64,000 nt of DNA from Macrostomum lignano (GCA_002269645.1 NIVC01000731.1:310001-374000); one strand, 5' to 3'. Numbered from the stretch's first letter, positions 1-12,712 are shown. Program-made: numbers and translations. Notes: generated by a model from the letters alone, not told the origin.

Positions 1-431
1 CAGCTTTATACTAAGTTATATGCTATGACTTATAATGAAATATGATGCAGTGACAAGTTATATATCAATTCATTTTTTATATACTTTTTTATTAAAATAG
101 CTTATGATGTATTAGAAATTGTCATTAGCTAATCCCTTATAAAATTACTTTGTCAAGGTATTTCCATATTCAACTGTAATTGACTGCCAATCAAGTATCA
201 TAATGCCAATGGCCTCTTAGGACTTTAAAGCAAATTATGTAGTGTTCTGTTTTGTAAAAAAATTATTTGCAAATGGGTTTGCTATTGTTTAAGTATATTT
301 ATTTCTACCTAATCTACATAATCTATTGTCTTACTTGTACTTTATATGGCCATTGAAATCAAATATATACATCTGCAAGTTGGCGAAACCACTCGGTCAA
401 TTAACTAATCCAGCGCTCAGCCCAGCCCAGC

Positions 432-3400
432 ATGGCCTCCGCTGTTGCCCAGCCCGCTGCTCCGCCTGCAGCAGCCTCCGATGACGACGTCCTTCACCTG
501 CTGTTTAACCAGGCCGACGGCATTCTGGCCTGCGACCAGCCCCCGGCAGCGGGCGTCCCTCAGATCGACCTTCTCGGCGACTCCGCCTTCGACCCGCTGC
601 CCGACCTCAGCCTGCAGTCGCAGCCGTCGCCGCCCGACAGTCAGGGCAGCGGCGGCGGCAGCAGCAGCGGCTTCGCCAGCTTCACCGGCGGTGGCTCCTC
701 GGCTGGCGGCAGCGGCGAGAACCTGCTGAACTTCGACCTGGACTCCTTCCTGTCCGGTGCGGAGGCCCTGGACCACGCCAGCTACGAGCTCGGCCCGCTG
801 CCCGACCCCACCGGCCACTCGCCGGGCGGCCCCCTGCGCGGCGGCAGCGGCGCCGGCGGTGGCGGTGGCGTCGCTGCTGGTGGCGGCGTCAGCGGCGGCA
901 AGCGGCGTAAGCGGCAGCTCGCCCAGCTGCCCTACTCCATCGGCGACCTTGAGGACGACGACCTCGCGCTGTACAGCGGCGGCGGTGGCGGCGGCATCTG
1001 GGATGATGCCGAGGATGACGACGGTCTGGAAAGCGGCGGAGGCATCGGCGCCAAGCCAGAGGGCCAGCCTGGCGAGCCGCTGCTGCTGACGGCTGAGGAG
1101 CAGCGCGTGGCCCGACAGCTCGGCGCCGTCCTGCCGAGCCACTTCCCGCTGACCCGGGAGGAGCTGCAGATCCTGCGAACCGTCAGGCGGAAAATTCGCA
1201 ATAAAATTTCGGCTAAGAATAGCCGGGCCAAGAAGCAGGTGTGACACCCTGACCCACTGTGTGACAACCTGACCCTTTTTGTCACACCCTGACCCACTGT
1301 GTGACAACCTGACCCACTGTGTGACAACCTGACCCACTGTGTGACACCCTGACCCACTGTGTGACACCCTGACCCATTGTGTGACACCCTGACCCTTTGT
1401 GTGACACCCTGACCCACTGTGTGACACCCTGACCCTTTGTGTGACAACCTGACCCACTGTGTGACACCCTGACCCACTGTGTGAAACCCTGACCCACTGT
1501 GTGACACCTGACCCACTGTGTGACACCTGACCCACTGTGTGACACCTGACCCACTGTGTGACAACCTGACTCACTGTGTGACACCTGACCCACTGTGTGA
1601 CACCTGACCCACAGTGTGACAACCTGACTCACTGTGTGACACCTGACCCACTGTGTGACACCCTGACTCACTGTGTGACACCTGACCCACTGTGTGACAC
1701 CCTGACCCACTGTGTGACAACCTGACTCACTGTGTGACACCTGACCCACTGTGTGACACCCTGACCCACTGTGTGACAACCTGACTCACTGTGTGACACC
1801 TGACCCACTGTGTGACACCCTGACCCACTGTGTGACAACCTGACTCACTGTGTGATACCTGACCCACAGTGTGACAACCTGACTCACTGTGTGACACCTG
1901 ACCCACTGTGTGACACCCTGACCCACTGTGTGACAACCTGACTCACTGTGTGACACCTGACCCACTGTGTGACACCCTGACCCACTGTGTGAAACCCTGA
2001 CCACTGTGTGACACCCTGACCCTTTGTGTGACACCTGACCTACTGTGTGACACCTGACCCACTGTGTGACACCTGACCCACTGTGTGACAACCTGACTCA
2101 CTGTGTGACACCTGACCCACTGTGTGACACCTGACCCACAGTGTGACAACCTGACTCACTGTGTGACACCTGACCCACTGTGTGACACCCTGACCCACTG
2201 TGTGACAACCTGACTCACTGTGTGACACCTGACCCACTGTGTGACACCCTGACCCACTGTGTGACAACCTGACTCACTGTGTGACACCTTACCCACAGTG
2301 TGACAACCTGACCCACTGTGTGACACCCTGACCCACTGTGTGACACCCTGACCCACTGTGTGACACCTGACCCACTGTGTGACACCTGACCCACTGTGTG
2401 ACACCCTGACCCACTGTGTGACACCTGACTCACTGTGTGACACCCTGACCCACTGTGTGACACCTGACCCACTGTGTGACACCCTGACCACTGTGTGACA
2501 CCCTGACCCACTGTGTGACACCTGACTCACTGTGTGACACCCTGACCCACTGTGTGACACCCTGACCCACTGTGTGAAACCCTGACCACTGTGTGACACC
2601 CTGACCCTTTGTGTGACACCTGACCCACTGTGTGACACCCTGACCCACTGTGTGACACCCTGACCCACTGTGTGAAACCCTGACCACTGTGTGACACCCT
2701 GACCCACTGTGTGACACCTGACCCACTGTGTGACAACCTGACCCACTGTGTGACACCTGACCCACTGTGTGACAACCTGACTCACTGTGTGACACCCTGA
2801 CCCACTGTGTGACACCCTGACCCAGCGCATGCTACATGTACAGTCCCAACCTGTCAAGCATCCATCACCCCACCCAGGAGTACGTACGCGGCCTGGAGCT
2901 CCGCGTCAAAGGCTCGGCCGCCGAGAACGCCGCCCTGCGCGACCGCTGCACCGGCCTGGAGCAGCAGAACCGCCGGCTGCTTGGCGCGGTTCGCCGGCTG
3001 CAGGCCTTCCTGCGCAGCTCCGGCCTCAGCCTGACCTCCACGGCTGGCAAGGCCACCGGCACCGGCCTCTTCATTCTCTGCCTGTCATTCGCGCTGTTCC
3101 TCACGCCGCAGCTCGGCCCGCTGCTGGTCGCCGGCCCCGGCGCCCCTGGCGTCGCCGACCCGTCTGCTGCCGTCGCTGGCCCGCGACCCGCCACCGGCCG
3201 CCGGATTCTCGCCGCCTCGCCGGAGAATGCAGCAGCTGCGGCGGCGGACGTGGCCGCGGTTGTCGCCGAGAAGTCGGCAGCAGTTGACTCGCCCGGCGCC
3301 GGAGTGGCAGGGGCGGGGGGTGCTGACAGCATCGCCGCCGCCGCGGTGAACCAGTCTGACGTCTCCGCCTCCGCCGACTCCATCCCCGACGTGGACGGAA

Positions 3401-3549
3401 GCGTCGCCTCGTCCACCTCACCGCCCGCCTCGCCGATGTCCTCCTCGTCGCCGCAGCAGTCGCCCTACTATTATTACTACGGTGGCGGCGGCGGAGGCGA
3501 AGATGACGCTCCGCCCAGGGAGCAGGACCTGGCCGACCGCGACCTCTGA
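432..3549 (+). CDS. CREB3L: CREB3/OASIS-family ER-membrane-bound bZIP transcription factor, 2 exons (432-1238, 2878-3549), ~492 aa
   Basis: A phase-0 intron (CAG|GTGTGA ... CCCAG|GAG) joins KIRNKISAKNSRAKKQ to EYVRGLE, giving a complete basic region and zipper. The upstream LLLTAEEQRV...LPSHFPLTREE segment matches the CREB3 adjacent-to-bZIP motif. A TM helix (TGTGLFILCLSFALFL) is followed by an RxxL site-1-protease-type motif (RRIL). The N-terminus is acidic. Paralogue not assignable. Confidence 0.9.
1239..2824. repeat. Intronic minisatellite, 19-21 bp unit GTGTGACACC(C)TGACCCACT, ~80 copies
   Basis: Direct reading; fills almost all of the CREB3-like intron. Confidence 0.97.
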
Positions 3550-3710
3550 GAATGCGCTGACCTTTAGTGAGCAGAGCTTTCCTCGCGACCCAGCTCGCGC
3601 AAACTGTTGCTACGCTTTTGTCCCACTTGATCTGGAAGGTTGATATTGACCTCAATTGACCCCGAGGTCAATCTTGACCTTAATTGACCTTGAGGTTTTT
3701 ATTAATTTAT

Positions 3711-3916
3711 TATTAGAGGCAGGGAGGCTGTGTGCAGCGACATTGGCACACAACCAGCGAGAGGCATTGCTGCCCATTCGCCGACTCCCCTGAGCAGGCA
3801 CACAAGCGCGCGGATACGTACGCAGTCATACGCACAGGCACACACTCACACAGGAGTGTACAGCGGCCCTAACTTTATTTAACGTTAGGCATGTACACTT
3901 TAGTGTGCCTTGGGGG
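3711..3916 (+). mobile_element. ~200-bp interspersed repeat, copy 1
   Basis: Aligns by eye with 28436-28663 (shared CTGAGCAGGCACACAAGCGCGCGGATACGTACGCAGTCATACGCACAGGCAC ... GTTAGGCATGTACACTT ... GTGCCTTGGGGG) and, more diverged and inverted, with ~14927-15020. Confidence 0.75.
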
Positions 3917-5299
3917 AGTGGCTCTCAAAGGCGTTAATTTCACGAGCAGAGCCAAGCCGAGATTCCAATTCAGCCCCAAATTAATGCGACTGCACTCGGA
4001 ATCGAGCCCGGGCCGCTGGACTGCCCCCCCCCCCGATATCTCGCGGTTTGGCTCGAATTCAGCTAACCCGGAAGCTCTTCTCGAAAATTATTAGAAGTTC
4101 ATCATGTCCGTAAATAGTTTATCTTGACCTTAAATGTTCTGAATGTTTTTCGTGACATTTATTGACCCCTAGGGGTTAAAATTGCTCTTTATTTAACTCA
4201 ATTGAGTCGATTTCTATTTATATCGAATGCCATCGTCATGTGAAACGTAAGCTTATTTACTGACATGCTTACCACTTAAACCATTGACTGAAATCACCGT
4301 CTAGTTTCTCATTGATAAACTGTTTAAATATATGCTTAGAGTTTGTGTTGTAGCATTATTCTATTTTGCCTCCGAGACTATGCAGGATTTCAAACGCATT
4401 GAATTACTGATGCGAATACATAGTGCATATTTATCCCCTCCAATGTTCCATCATATTCTGCTGCCACAATCCCAGTGAAGCATCACATTTTTGTGTACAG
4501 AATCGCAACTAATCTGAATCGGTTTCTTTTTCAAGAGTTTCTCTGAATTTTTGCTTGCACTGGCGAATAATGCCTTCAGCACTCTGTACATACTACTTAT
4601 AGTCACCATCGGTTTCATCCGTGTTAAATTTGTCTTGATTATTACGTAATCAGCTATTTTATATTCAAGCCTTACTGATAAGTCGGTCCGACTTTTAATA
4701 ATCAAATTGTTTCATAGCGTCCTTGTCGATCTGTCTTTGTGTCTGTTTTTGTCTGTTTTTGCCTGTTTTTGCTTTCAGTAACCAAAGAAAGTTGCTTTCT
4801 CCCGATCAGAGCCGATCGCTGACCGACAGACAGACGGGCGCGCATTGATTTTTTGTCAGTTCGGGCGCTTGGTTTTGTCATTTGATGTTGAATATGCTAC
4901 TGTTAGTAACACAACTAGGGTAGCCCTGTCATGGGGACAGGGTGCCTCCGTTTATAAGTCTCTAGACTAGGTGGCCTCCCATTTCATGTCATACTCCTGG
5001 TTAGCAAATTTTTTATATTAAAAATCGCCTAATCTACTAAAAGTAGCCAGCGAGTTTTTTAAGAATTGACCAGAAAATAAGCATTAGCTGCATCAAGCTA
5101 CTGTCAGTAGTTGCAACAATTTATTTAGCCACAATTGCTGCACCCGCAGCGTCGCCGGCCCAGCCAACCGGGGCCCGGCGCCCGCCGCCGTTGCCAGCCT
5201 CGCGTCTGTGTCCAGTGACGAGAAAAAAAATAATTTTTTTACTCCTGCAGTCTCTGCCCAGAGCTCAGCCCGGCTGCAGCCAGCAGCCGCAGCAGCGAG

Positions 5300-7889
5300 A
5301 TGAGCCGCGGCGTCAAGGACCTCCGCGAGCTCATCTGCGTGTCCCGCCTGGCCGGCCGCGGCCTGTCGGACAACTCGGCCGACTCCGGCGACTCGGACGA
5401 CAACGAGGCCTACGCCGCGTCCATCCTGCGGCCGGACACCGTCCTCAGCGCCCGCCACCCGCCGCTGCCGCTGCCGCCTTCGCCGCCGCCGCCGCCAGCA
5501 CCGCCGCAGGCAGTGGCGAGCAGCGCGAAAGCCAGAGCGGCCAAAAAGCTGCCGCCAGTGCAGCCGGACAGCCTGGCCGGCCTGCTGGCCCGCGCTGACG
5601 CCGACTTCATCGCCCGCCTGCTCGGCCGCGCCAATGACCAGCTGGCCGACCTCAGCCGCTGGTGCCTCAGCGACGACCACTTCGTTGACTTGGCGCACTT
5701 CTGGCTGACGGCCTTCCCGGAGGAGGCCAAGCAGGACCTGTTCCGCCTGGAGCACGGCTGCCTGCTCGACCAGCTCGCCTTCGCTTTCAAGTCCGGCGCC
5801 GCGGCCGCTGCCCCCGTGCCGCAGTCCGAGCTGCGCCGCCTCCTGCTGGCCGTCTTCCGCGAATTCCCCGACCGTCTGCTGTCGGCCCGCGGCGCGCACA
5901 CCTTCCTGGACTACCTGGACACCCTCACGGCCGGCCGGTCGCACGCCGACTGCCGCCGGCTGCTCACGGATGTCCGCCTGGCCACGGACGTCCGGCAGCA
6001 CGCGGAGTGGCTGCTGGCGCTGCGCAGCTTCGCCATCTGCTCGGTGTGGACGGCCGTCGCCAACTTCTACCGGGCGCTGGTGGACCGCGGCGACTTCCGG
6101 CCGCCAGCCACCGAGGTGCCGGGGTTCGGAGACCGGCTGGAGGGCCGAGTGGTTCGCTGCGTGCAGTAAGTGGCGCCAGCCGTTGCTCAGCAAAAATCTT
6201 TTCATGCGCGCAACAGTCTACTGTTTGATTTGGTTTCAGTAGCAAGTAACAACTTTTTTTCAACCACATTTTCAGACAAGGCTACGTGGAGGTGCTGCAC
6301 TATTTCTGTCTGAGCGGCAAGCTCGATCCCAGGACCTTCCGGGACGGGCAGAGCCGCAACCTCATCTTCCTGAGCGTCACCTGCGCCCAGCGCAGCAAGG
6401 AGAATTCAGCCCAGCTGCGGACTCTCAGGTGGGCTTCAGGTGGCTCTGTTTTACCTCTCTTTATCCATCAGTTTCTCTGTTTATCCATCAGTTTCCCTCT
6501 GTTTATCCATCAGTTTCTCTGTTTATTCATCTGTTTCTCTCTGTTTATCCATCAGTTTCTCTCTGTTTATCCATCTGTTTCCCTCTGTTTATCCATCAGT
6601 TTCTCTCTGTTTATCCATCAGTTTATCAGTTTATCCATCAGTTTATTACTTTATCCACCAGTTTATCAGTTTGTCCACCAGTTTATCAGTTTGTCCACCA
6701 GTTTATCAGTTTTTCCACCAGTTTATCTGTTTATCCACCAGTTTATTACTTTATCCACCAGTTTATCAGTTTGTCCACCAGTTTATCAGTTTTTCCACCA
6801 GTTTATCTGTTTGTCCACCAGTTTATCAGTTTATACACCAGTTTATCAGTTTGTCCACCAGTTTATCAGTTTGTCCACCAGTTTATCAGTTTATACACCA
6901 GTTTATCAGTTTATACACCAGTTTATCAGTTTGTCCACCAGTTTATCAGTTTATACACCAGTTTATCAGTTTGTCCACCAGTTTATCAGTTTATACACCA
7001 GTTTATCAATCTATCAACATGCTATCAATCCACTTTACATGCCTGTCCACCTGCCCAATCACCCTCCCAGGTACCTGCTGAAGCGGCTGCAGCCGGACCC
7101 GCCCGTGGACGTCCCCTCGGACACTGGCAACAGCGCGCTGCACTTGGCCGCCACTGCAGGCAACCTGCAGCTGGCGGAGCTGCTGGTGCAACACGGCCGG
7201 GCCAACGTGAACCTGGCCAATGCGCTGTGCGACAGCTGCACCCCGCTGCATTTAGCCGTCATGTACGGTGAGCTGAGCAGCCGGGGCCGCGGGAACTCGG
7301 CGGGCAGGGCCTGAAGATTGGGGGGTCAGGCTGAGGGCTGAGGCTAAATGAAAGCGTGAGACTGAGACGGAGGGTGAGACTAAGACGGAGGGTGAGACTA
7401 AGACGGAGGGTGAGACTAAGACGGAGGGTGAGACTGAGACGGAGGGTGAGACTGAAAGGGAGGGTGAGTCTGAGAGGGAGGGTGAGTCTGAGACGGAGGG
7501 TGAGACTGTGAGGGAGGGTGAGTCTGTGAGGGAGGGTGAGACTGAGATGGAGGGTGAGACTGAGACGGAGGGTGAGACTGAGAGGGAGGGTGAGACAGAG
7601 AGGGAGGGTGAGACAGAGAGGGAGGGTGAGACTGAGACGGAAGGTGAGACTGAGATGGAGGGTGAGACTGAGATGGAGGGTGAGACTGAGATGGAGGGTG
7701 AGACAGAGATTGAATGCCTTGCCCGCAGGCCACAGCCAGCTGGTGAGCTACCTGCTGGAGCACGGGGCCGATCCCAGCCTCCCCATGGCCGGGCAGACGG
7801 CGTTGCAGCTGGCCGAGGATGCCGGGGACTCCGACATCCATGAGCTGCTGGCCCGGGCCACTGCGGCCGGCACCGGCGCTGATGACTGA
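5300..7889 (+). CDS. Ankyrin-repeat protein with uncharacterised helical N-terminal domain, 4 exons (5300-6165, 6276-6428, 7071-7267, 7729-7889), ~458 aa
   Basis: GT-AG joins keep frame (phases 2,2,1). Ankyrin motifs: GNSALHLAATAGNLQLAELLV, CTPLHLAVMYGHSQLVSYLLEHGADP, GQTALQLA. The frame is open back to an acceptor at 5250, so the true start may lie upstream. Confidence 0.82.
6455..7010. repeat. Intronic minisatellite, ~20-bp unit GTTTATCAGTTTGTCCACCA grading from CTCTGTTTATCCATCAGTTT
   Basis: Direct reading; intron 2 of the ankyrin gene. Confidence 0.93.
7357..7710. repeat. Intronic minisatellite, 18-bp unit GAGGGTGAGACTGAGACG
   Basis: Direct reading; intron 3 of the ankyrin gene. Confidence 0.93.
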
Positions 7890-8045
7890 CCCCGACTGAC
7901 CCCCACTGACCCCGCCAACTGACCCCCGACTGACCCCCACTGACCCCGCCAACTGACCTCCGACTGGCCCCCGACTGACCCCCGGCTGACACCACTTCTG
8001 ACCTCTACGTCTGACCCCCTTGAGCCCAACTGACTCCACCTGACC
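7885..8045. repeat. Degenerate ACTGACCCC repeat at the start of the ankyrin-gene 3' UTR
   Basis: The first unit contains the stop codon (GAC TGA CCCC); the array decays over ~160 bp. Confidence 0.8.
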
Positions 8046-8614
8046 TCGCTTTTGTCCCTCACATCTGCCCCATCCCTGACCCTTGGCTCCGGTACCCATC
8101 CAACAGCGTTGACTTCCTCCTGCTGGGCTGTGTGAACAGCCGTCTCGGGTGTCAGCCCCGCCCCCTCTCCCGCCCAGCAGAGTGCTCAGGCCGTGCGAAA
8201 TGTCACCTGGACCCCCCTGCCTCCCGCGGCCCGCGTGTTTGCAAGATTCGAGAGAAAGCCTCTCCTTTGTGTGAGCAGCGGGGGCTCCCCGGCCGCCTCG
8301 CCTCTCCGCCGCTTCTCCAGTCTCCCAGCTTCATCTGCCTGCCCGCCTCGCTGATCTGGGGAAGGGATTTTCTTTGAGTTTCTTCGATTTTTTCATACTT
8401 CTTTCTTGTGTTTTTCTGTGTGACTTTCCGCTTGTGCTCAGCCGAGTGCGTCCTGGGCTCGCGCACCTGAGCTCGCCGCTCTGAAGTTGCCGAATTTGCT
8501 AAAGCTGCTTGCTTCATTTTTTTTTTATAACTAAATCAAAAAATAAATTATGAATTATTAGTGTCCGCTGAGCCGGCATGTGCTTCTTAGTAATAATAAA
8601 GTTAACTAATTATG

Positions 8615-8880
8615 AGCCAGCGTTTGGATTTTTTATTTGTAGCGTAAATTGGATTGTAACTGCTGGCTACAGAGGTCGGTGGTTCGATTCTCGACCCAGT
8701 CGGAACAATTTGTGTCCTTGAGCAAGAAGCTTGACTCTGCATTGCTTCAGTCCTCCACCCAGGTGTAAAATGGGTGCCAGCATTAGTTGGGGTAACTGAG
8801 GGTGTGTGGCGACCCCCCCCCCCAGTCGTGCTAACCGCGACCAGCTCAGCTTAACCTACATATCCCACCGAGCCCTATGC
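8615..8880 (+). mobile_element. tRNA-derived SINE with CORE-like central domain
   Basis: Pol III B-box GGTTCGATTC at 8681-8690, then GTGTCCTTGAGCAAG and CTCCACCCAGGTGTAAAATGGGT, which resemble the conserved central domain of CORE-type SINEs. Ends approximate. Confidence 0.55.
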
Positions 8881-9255
8881 TGCATCTGTGATGCAGATCC
8901 GCCGCCTAGATGAAGAAGCGCCGACTTCAAACGACTGCAATATTCGGGAGGCTGGGCGGCTGCAGATCAATATGATGAAGCGGCTCGGGCCGTTCTCTTG
9001 AAGTGCGGGACTGGCGGGGGCGGCATCTCGGGTAGATTGGAGATGTCCGCCTCATCTGCACACAGCGGCCTTCCACTTCATCGGCAGTGTGAAATGATTG
9101 CCGGGGGGCCGAGCGAGGTCACGGGGGGATGGCGAGTGACATGCCGGGGAGGGGGCGGTGCGGCATGAGCGATGGGGCGAGCGAACGGCTCACAGTTTGT
9201 TTATTTATGAGCACAGGGGGGCCGCGGCTTCATCCATTTCGCTGTCCCGGGTTCC

Positions 9256-9800
9256 TAGCTCTGTTCACTTGGCGCCAAATGCTGTGTCCTTGCCGCGCCA
9301 AACTCTGTTCACTTGGCGCCAAATGCTGTGTCCTTGCCGCGCCAAACCCTGTTGACTTGGCGCCAAATGCTGTGTCCTTGCCGTGCCGAACTCTGTTCAC
9401 TTGGCGCCAAATGCTGTGTCCTTGCCGCGCCGAACCCTGTTGACTTGGCGCCAAATGCTGTGTCCTTGCCGCGCCGAACCCTGTTGACTTGGCGCCAAAT
9501 GCTGTGTCCTTGCCGCGCCAAACTCTGTTCACTTGGCGCCAAATGCTGTGTCCTTGCCGCACCAAACTCTGTTCACTTGGCGCCAAATGCTGTGTCCTTG
9601 CCGCGCCAAACTCTGTTCACTTGGCGCCAAATGCTGTGTCCTTGCCGCGCCAAACCCTGTTGACTTGGCGCCAAATGCTGTGTCCTTGCCGCGCCGAACT
9701 CTGTTGACTTGGCGCCAAATGCTGTGTCCTTGCCGCGCCGAACTCTGTTCACTTGGCGCCAAATGCTGTGTCCTTGCCGCGCCGAACTCTGTTCACTTGG
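9256..9800. repeat. 44-bp tandem repeat, 12 full units, with palindrome TTGGCGCCAA
   Basis: TTGGCGCCAAATGCTGTGTCC recurs every 44 bp from 9269 to 9753; no unique spacers. Confidence 0.95.
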
Positions 9801-10176
9801 TATGAATTGCCGAAAGCTCCCAGGGCTGCTCCTTGTTGGCGCCAAATCACGAGAAATGGAACCAAAAACATTCCGGATGCACGTGAGAAGAAGTTTTCAC
9901 TCGCAACAAATTTTGCCGCAGGTTTCGGCAGCAAAAGGCTTTGCAAGCAATTTTAACAGGGCAGGAAATCGCGTCTCTCTGTGTCGGCCGGTGACAATGG
10001 GGTCACGCAGACTGGCGCGGTGTTCGGCTTTGATTGATTGATCGGCGTGCGGAACCGCGCGAGTGACGCGCGCTTGAGGACCGGCTGCGGCGTGCTCGAG
10101 TGCGCGTGCACTTGAATCGGACTGCACACCCTCCGGTTTCAGAGCTGCCACTCTCGCTCAGCCGGAATCGGCCCCC

Positions 10177-11755
10177 CACCCTACCAGAATATCTCCCCTC
10201 ACCCTACCAGAATATCTCCCCTCACCCTACCAGAATATCTCCCCTCACCCTACCAGAATATCTCCCGTCACCCTACTAGAATATTTCCCTTTACCCTATC
10301 AGAATATCTCCCCTCACCCTACCAGAATATCTCCCCTCACCCTACCAGAATATCTCCCCTCACCTTACCAGAATATCTCCCCTCACCCTACCAGAATATT
10401 TCCCTTTACCCTACCAGAGTATCTCCATTCACCCTACCAGAATATCTCCCCTCACCTTACCAGAATATCTCCCCTCGCCCTAGCAGAATATCTCTCCTCA
10501 CCCTACCAGAATATCTCCCCTCACCCTACTAGAATATTTCCCTTTACCCTACCAGAGTATCTCCATTCGCCCTACCAGAATATCTCCCCTCACCCTACCA
10601 GAATATCTCCATTCACCCTACCAGAATATCTCCCCTCACCCTACCAGAATATCTCCCCTCACCCTACTAGAATATTTCCCTTTACCCTACCAGAGTATCT
10701 CCATTCACCCTACCAGAATATCTCCCCTCACCTTACCAGAATATCTCCCCTCACCCTACTAGAATATTTCCCTTTACCCTACCAGAATATCTCCCCTCAC
10801 CCTACCAGAATATCTCCATTCACACTACCAGAATATCTCCCCTCACCCTACTAGAATATCTCCCCTCACCCTACCAGAATATCTCCATTCACACTACCAG
10901 AATATCTCCCCTCACCTTACCAGAATATCTCCCCTCACCTTACCAGAATATCTCCATTCACACTACCAGAATATCTCCCCTCACCTTACCAGAATATCTC
11001 CCCTCACCTTACCAGAATATCTCCCCTCACCCTACCAGAATATCTCCCCTCACCCTACCAGAATATCTCCCCTCACCCTACCAAAATATCTCCCCTCACC
11101 CTACCAGAATATCTCCATTCACCCTACCAGAATATCTCCCCTCACCCTACCAGAATATCTCCATTCACCCTACCAGAATATCTCCCCTCACCCTACCAGA
11201 ATATCTCCCCTCACCCTACCAAAATATCTCCCCTCACCCTACCAGAATATCTCCATTCACCCTACCAGAATATCTCCATTCACCCTACCAGAATATCTCC
11301 ATTCACCCTACCAGAAAATCTCCCCTCACCCTACCAGAATATCTCCATTCACACTACCAGAATATCTCCCCTCACCCTACTAGAATATCTCCCCTCACCC
11401 TACCAGAATATCTCCATTCACCCTACCAGAATATCTCCCCTCACCCTACCAGAAAATCTCCCCTCACCCTACCGGAATATCTCCATTCACCCTACCAGAA
11501 TATCTCCATTCACACTACCAGAATATCTCCATTCACCCTACCAGAATATCTCCATTCACACTACCAGAATATCTCCCCTCACCCTACTAGAATATCTCCC
11601 CTCACCCTACCAGAATATCTCCCCTCACCCTACCAGAATATCTCCCCTCACCCTACTAGAATATCTCCCCTCACCCTACCAGAATATCTCCCCTCACCCT
11701 ACTAGAATATCTCCCCTCACCCTACCAGAATATCTCCCCTCACCCTACCAGAATG
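10177..11755. repeat. 23-bp minisatellite CCCTACCAGAATATCTCCCCTCA, ~68 copies
   Basis: Direct reading. Confidence 0.97.
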
Positions 11756-12712
11756 TCCCCTCACTCCAATCTTCAATTTAAACTTCAAATCGCAGCCTTC
11801 TCACAGCTCTGGAAGATCTAATTTCATTTGCTTGAAATTTTACCTGAATAAAAGTCCACCCAATCAGCCATCAACGAGCCCAGTGTGAAATCTGTCCACA
11901 CTAAGTGGATCTGCAGGCCATCCCAGCCTGGACTGGGATTTTCTTCCCTCTCCAAGTCCACCAGCTGTTGCAGCCAGCCACAGCAGGACAGGCACTTTCC
12001 ACCAAGAGTTGCTGTGTCCACAGCCCTTTCCCACTGTGAGGGGCAGAGAGAGTTTAAAGCCGGAATAAGGAGCTGGCGGCGGCCACCTCAGGTCCGCCCG
12101 AGTCAAATTTCCAGCCCGTTCCGCTGTGTTTTCAATTTGCTGGAGCAGAGCTGCCCCGGAATCTCAGCCTCCCGCCTCCTTCGCCACTTTTCTCCTCAAC
12201 ACTCCGCGGCCTTCCTCATCATCCCGCTAAGAGATCCCATCGGCAGTCGAGGCAGGGAAGAAAGCCAGCGGGTGCAAATCCCCAAAGCTCTCCAGTCAAG
12301 ACTCAGCCCCGGGAGCCGGTGGGGCTCGTTATTTTCCCTCCCCGAAGATGTGAGGATCTCAACTTCAAAGAGGCGGACATCAAAAGCCGGGGCCCCGCAG
12401 GTGGATTAAGCCTGGGGATTATTATCCCCTCACAGCAAATAATTCCAAATTAAAGTTTAACAAAAAGTCGGGATTTTTAGAGCAGAGTTAGTTTTTCTAT
12501 ATATATATATATAAAGCTGCAATACTTTGTCATTGCTGGATCCTTCCCAAATTTGCGGTGCGGTATGCGTTTGCTAGGGTGCGCGCAGGCCATATTTATA
12601 ACAGAGACTAGCGATATGGGAGCAGTGAGCGGCAGGTGAGTGAGACAGCGGCAGGGAGCGGCTGTGCAGATGAGGGCAGCAGGAGGGGTGAGGATGGGGC
12701 TGTCAGGGGCTG

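Noticed and set aside
417-2857. Long minus-strand ORFs (SHSGSGCHTVGQ repeats, 401 aa, etc.)
   Set aside because: Stop-free translations of the intronic minisatellite plus the antisense shadow of a GC-rich exon.
4915-4942. Helitron 3' end (hairpin CCCTGTC-N5-GACAGGG next to CTAG)
   Set aside because: Only a 7-bp stem, and no 5' terminus or second copy was found; could be chance.
5093-6205. 370-aa minus-strand ORF
   Set aside because: Antisense shadow of the GC3-biased ankyrin-gene exon; no domain signal.
9256-9800. CRISPR-like array (palindromic 44-bp repeat); same question for the other arrays
   Set aside because: Units are head-to-tail with no unique spacers, no cas genes are present, and the context is eukaryotic.
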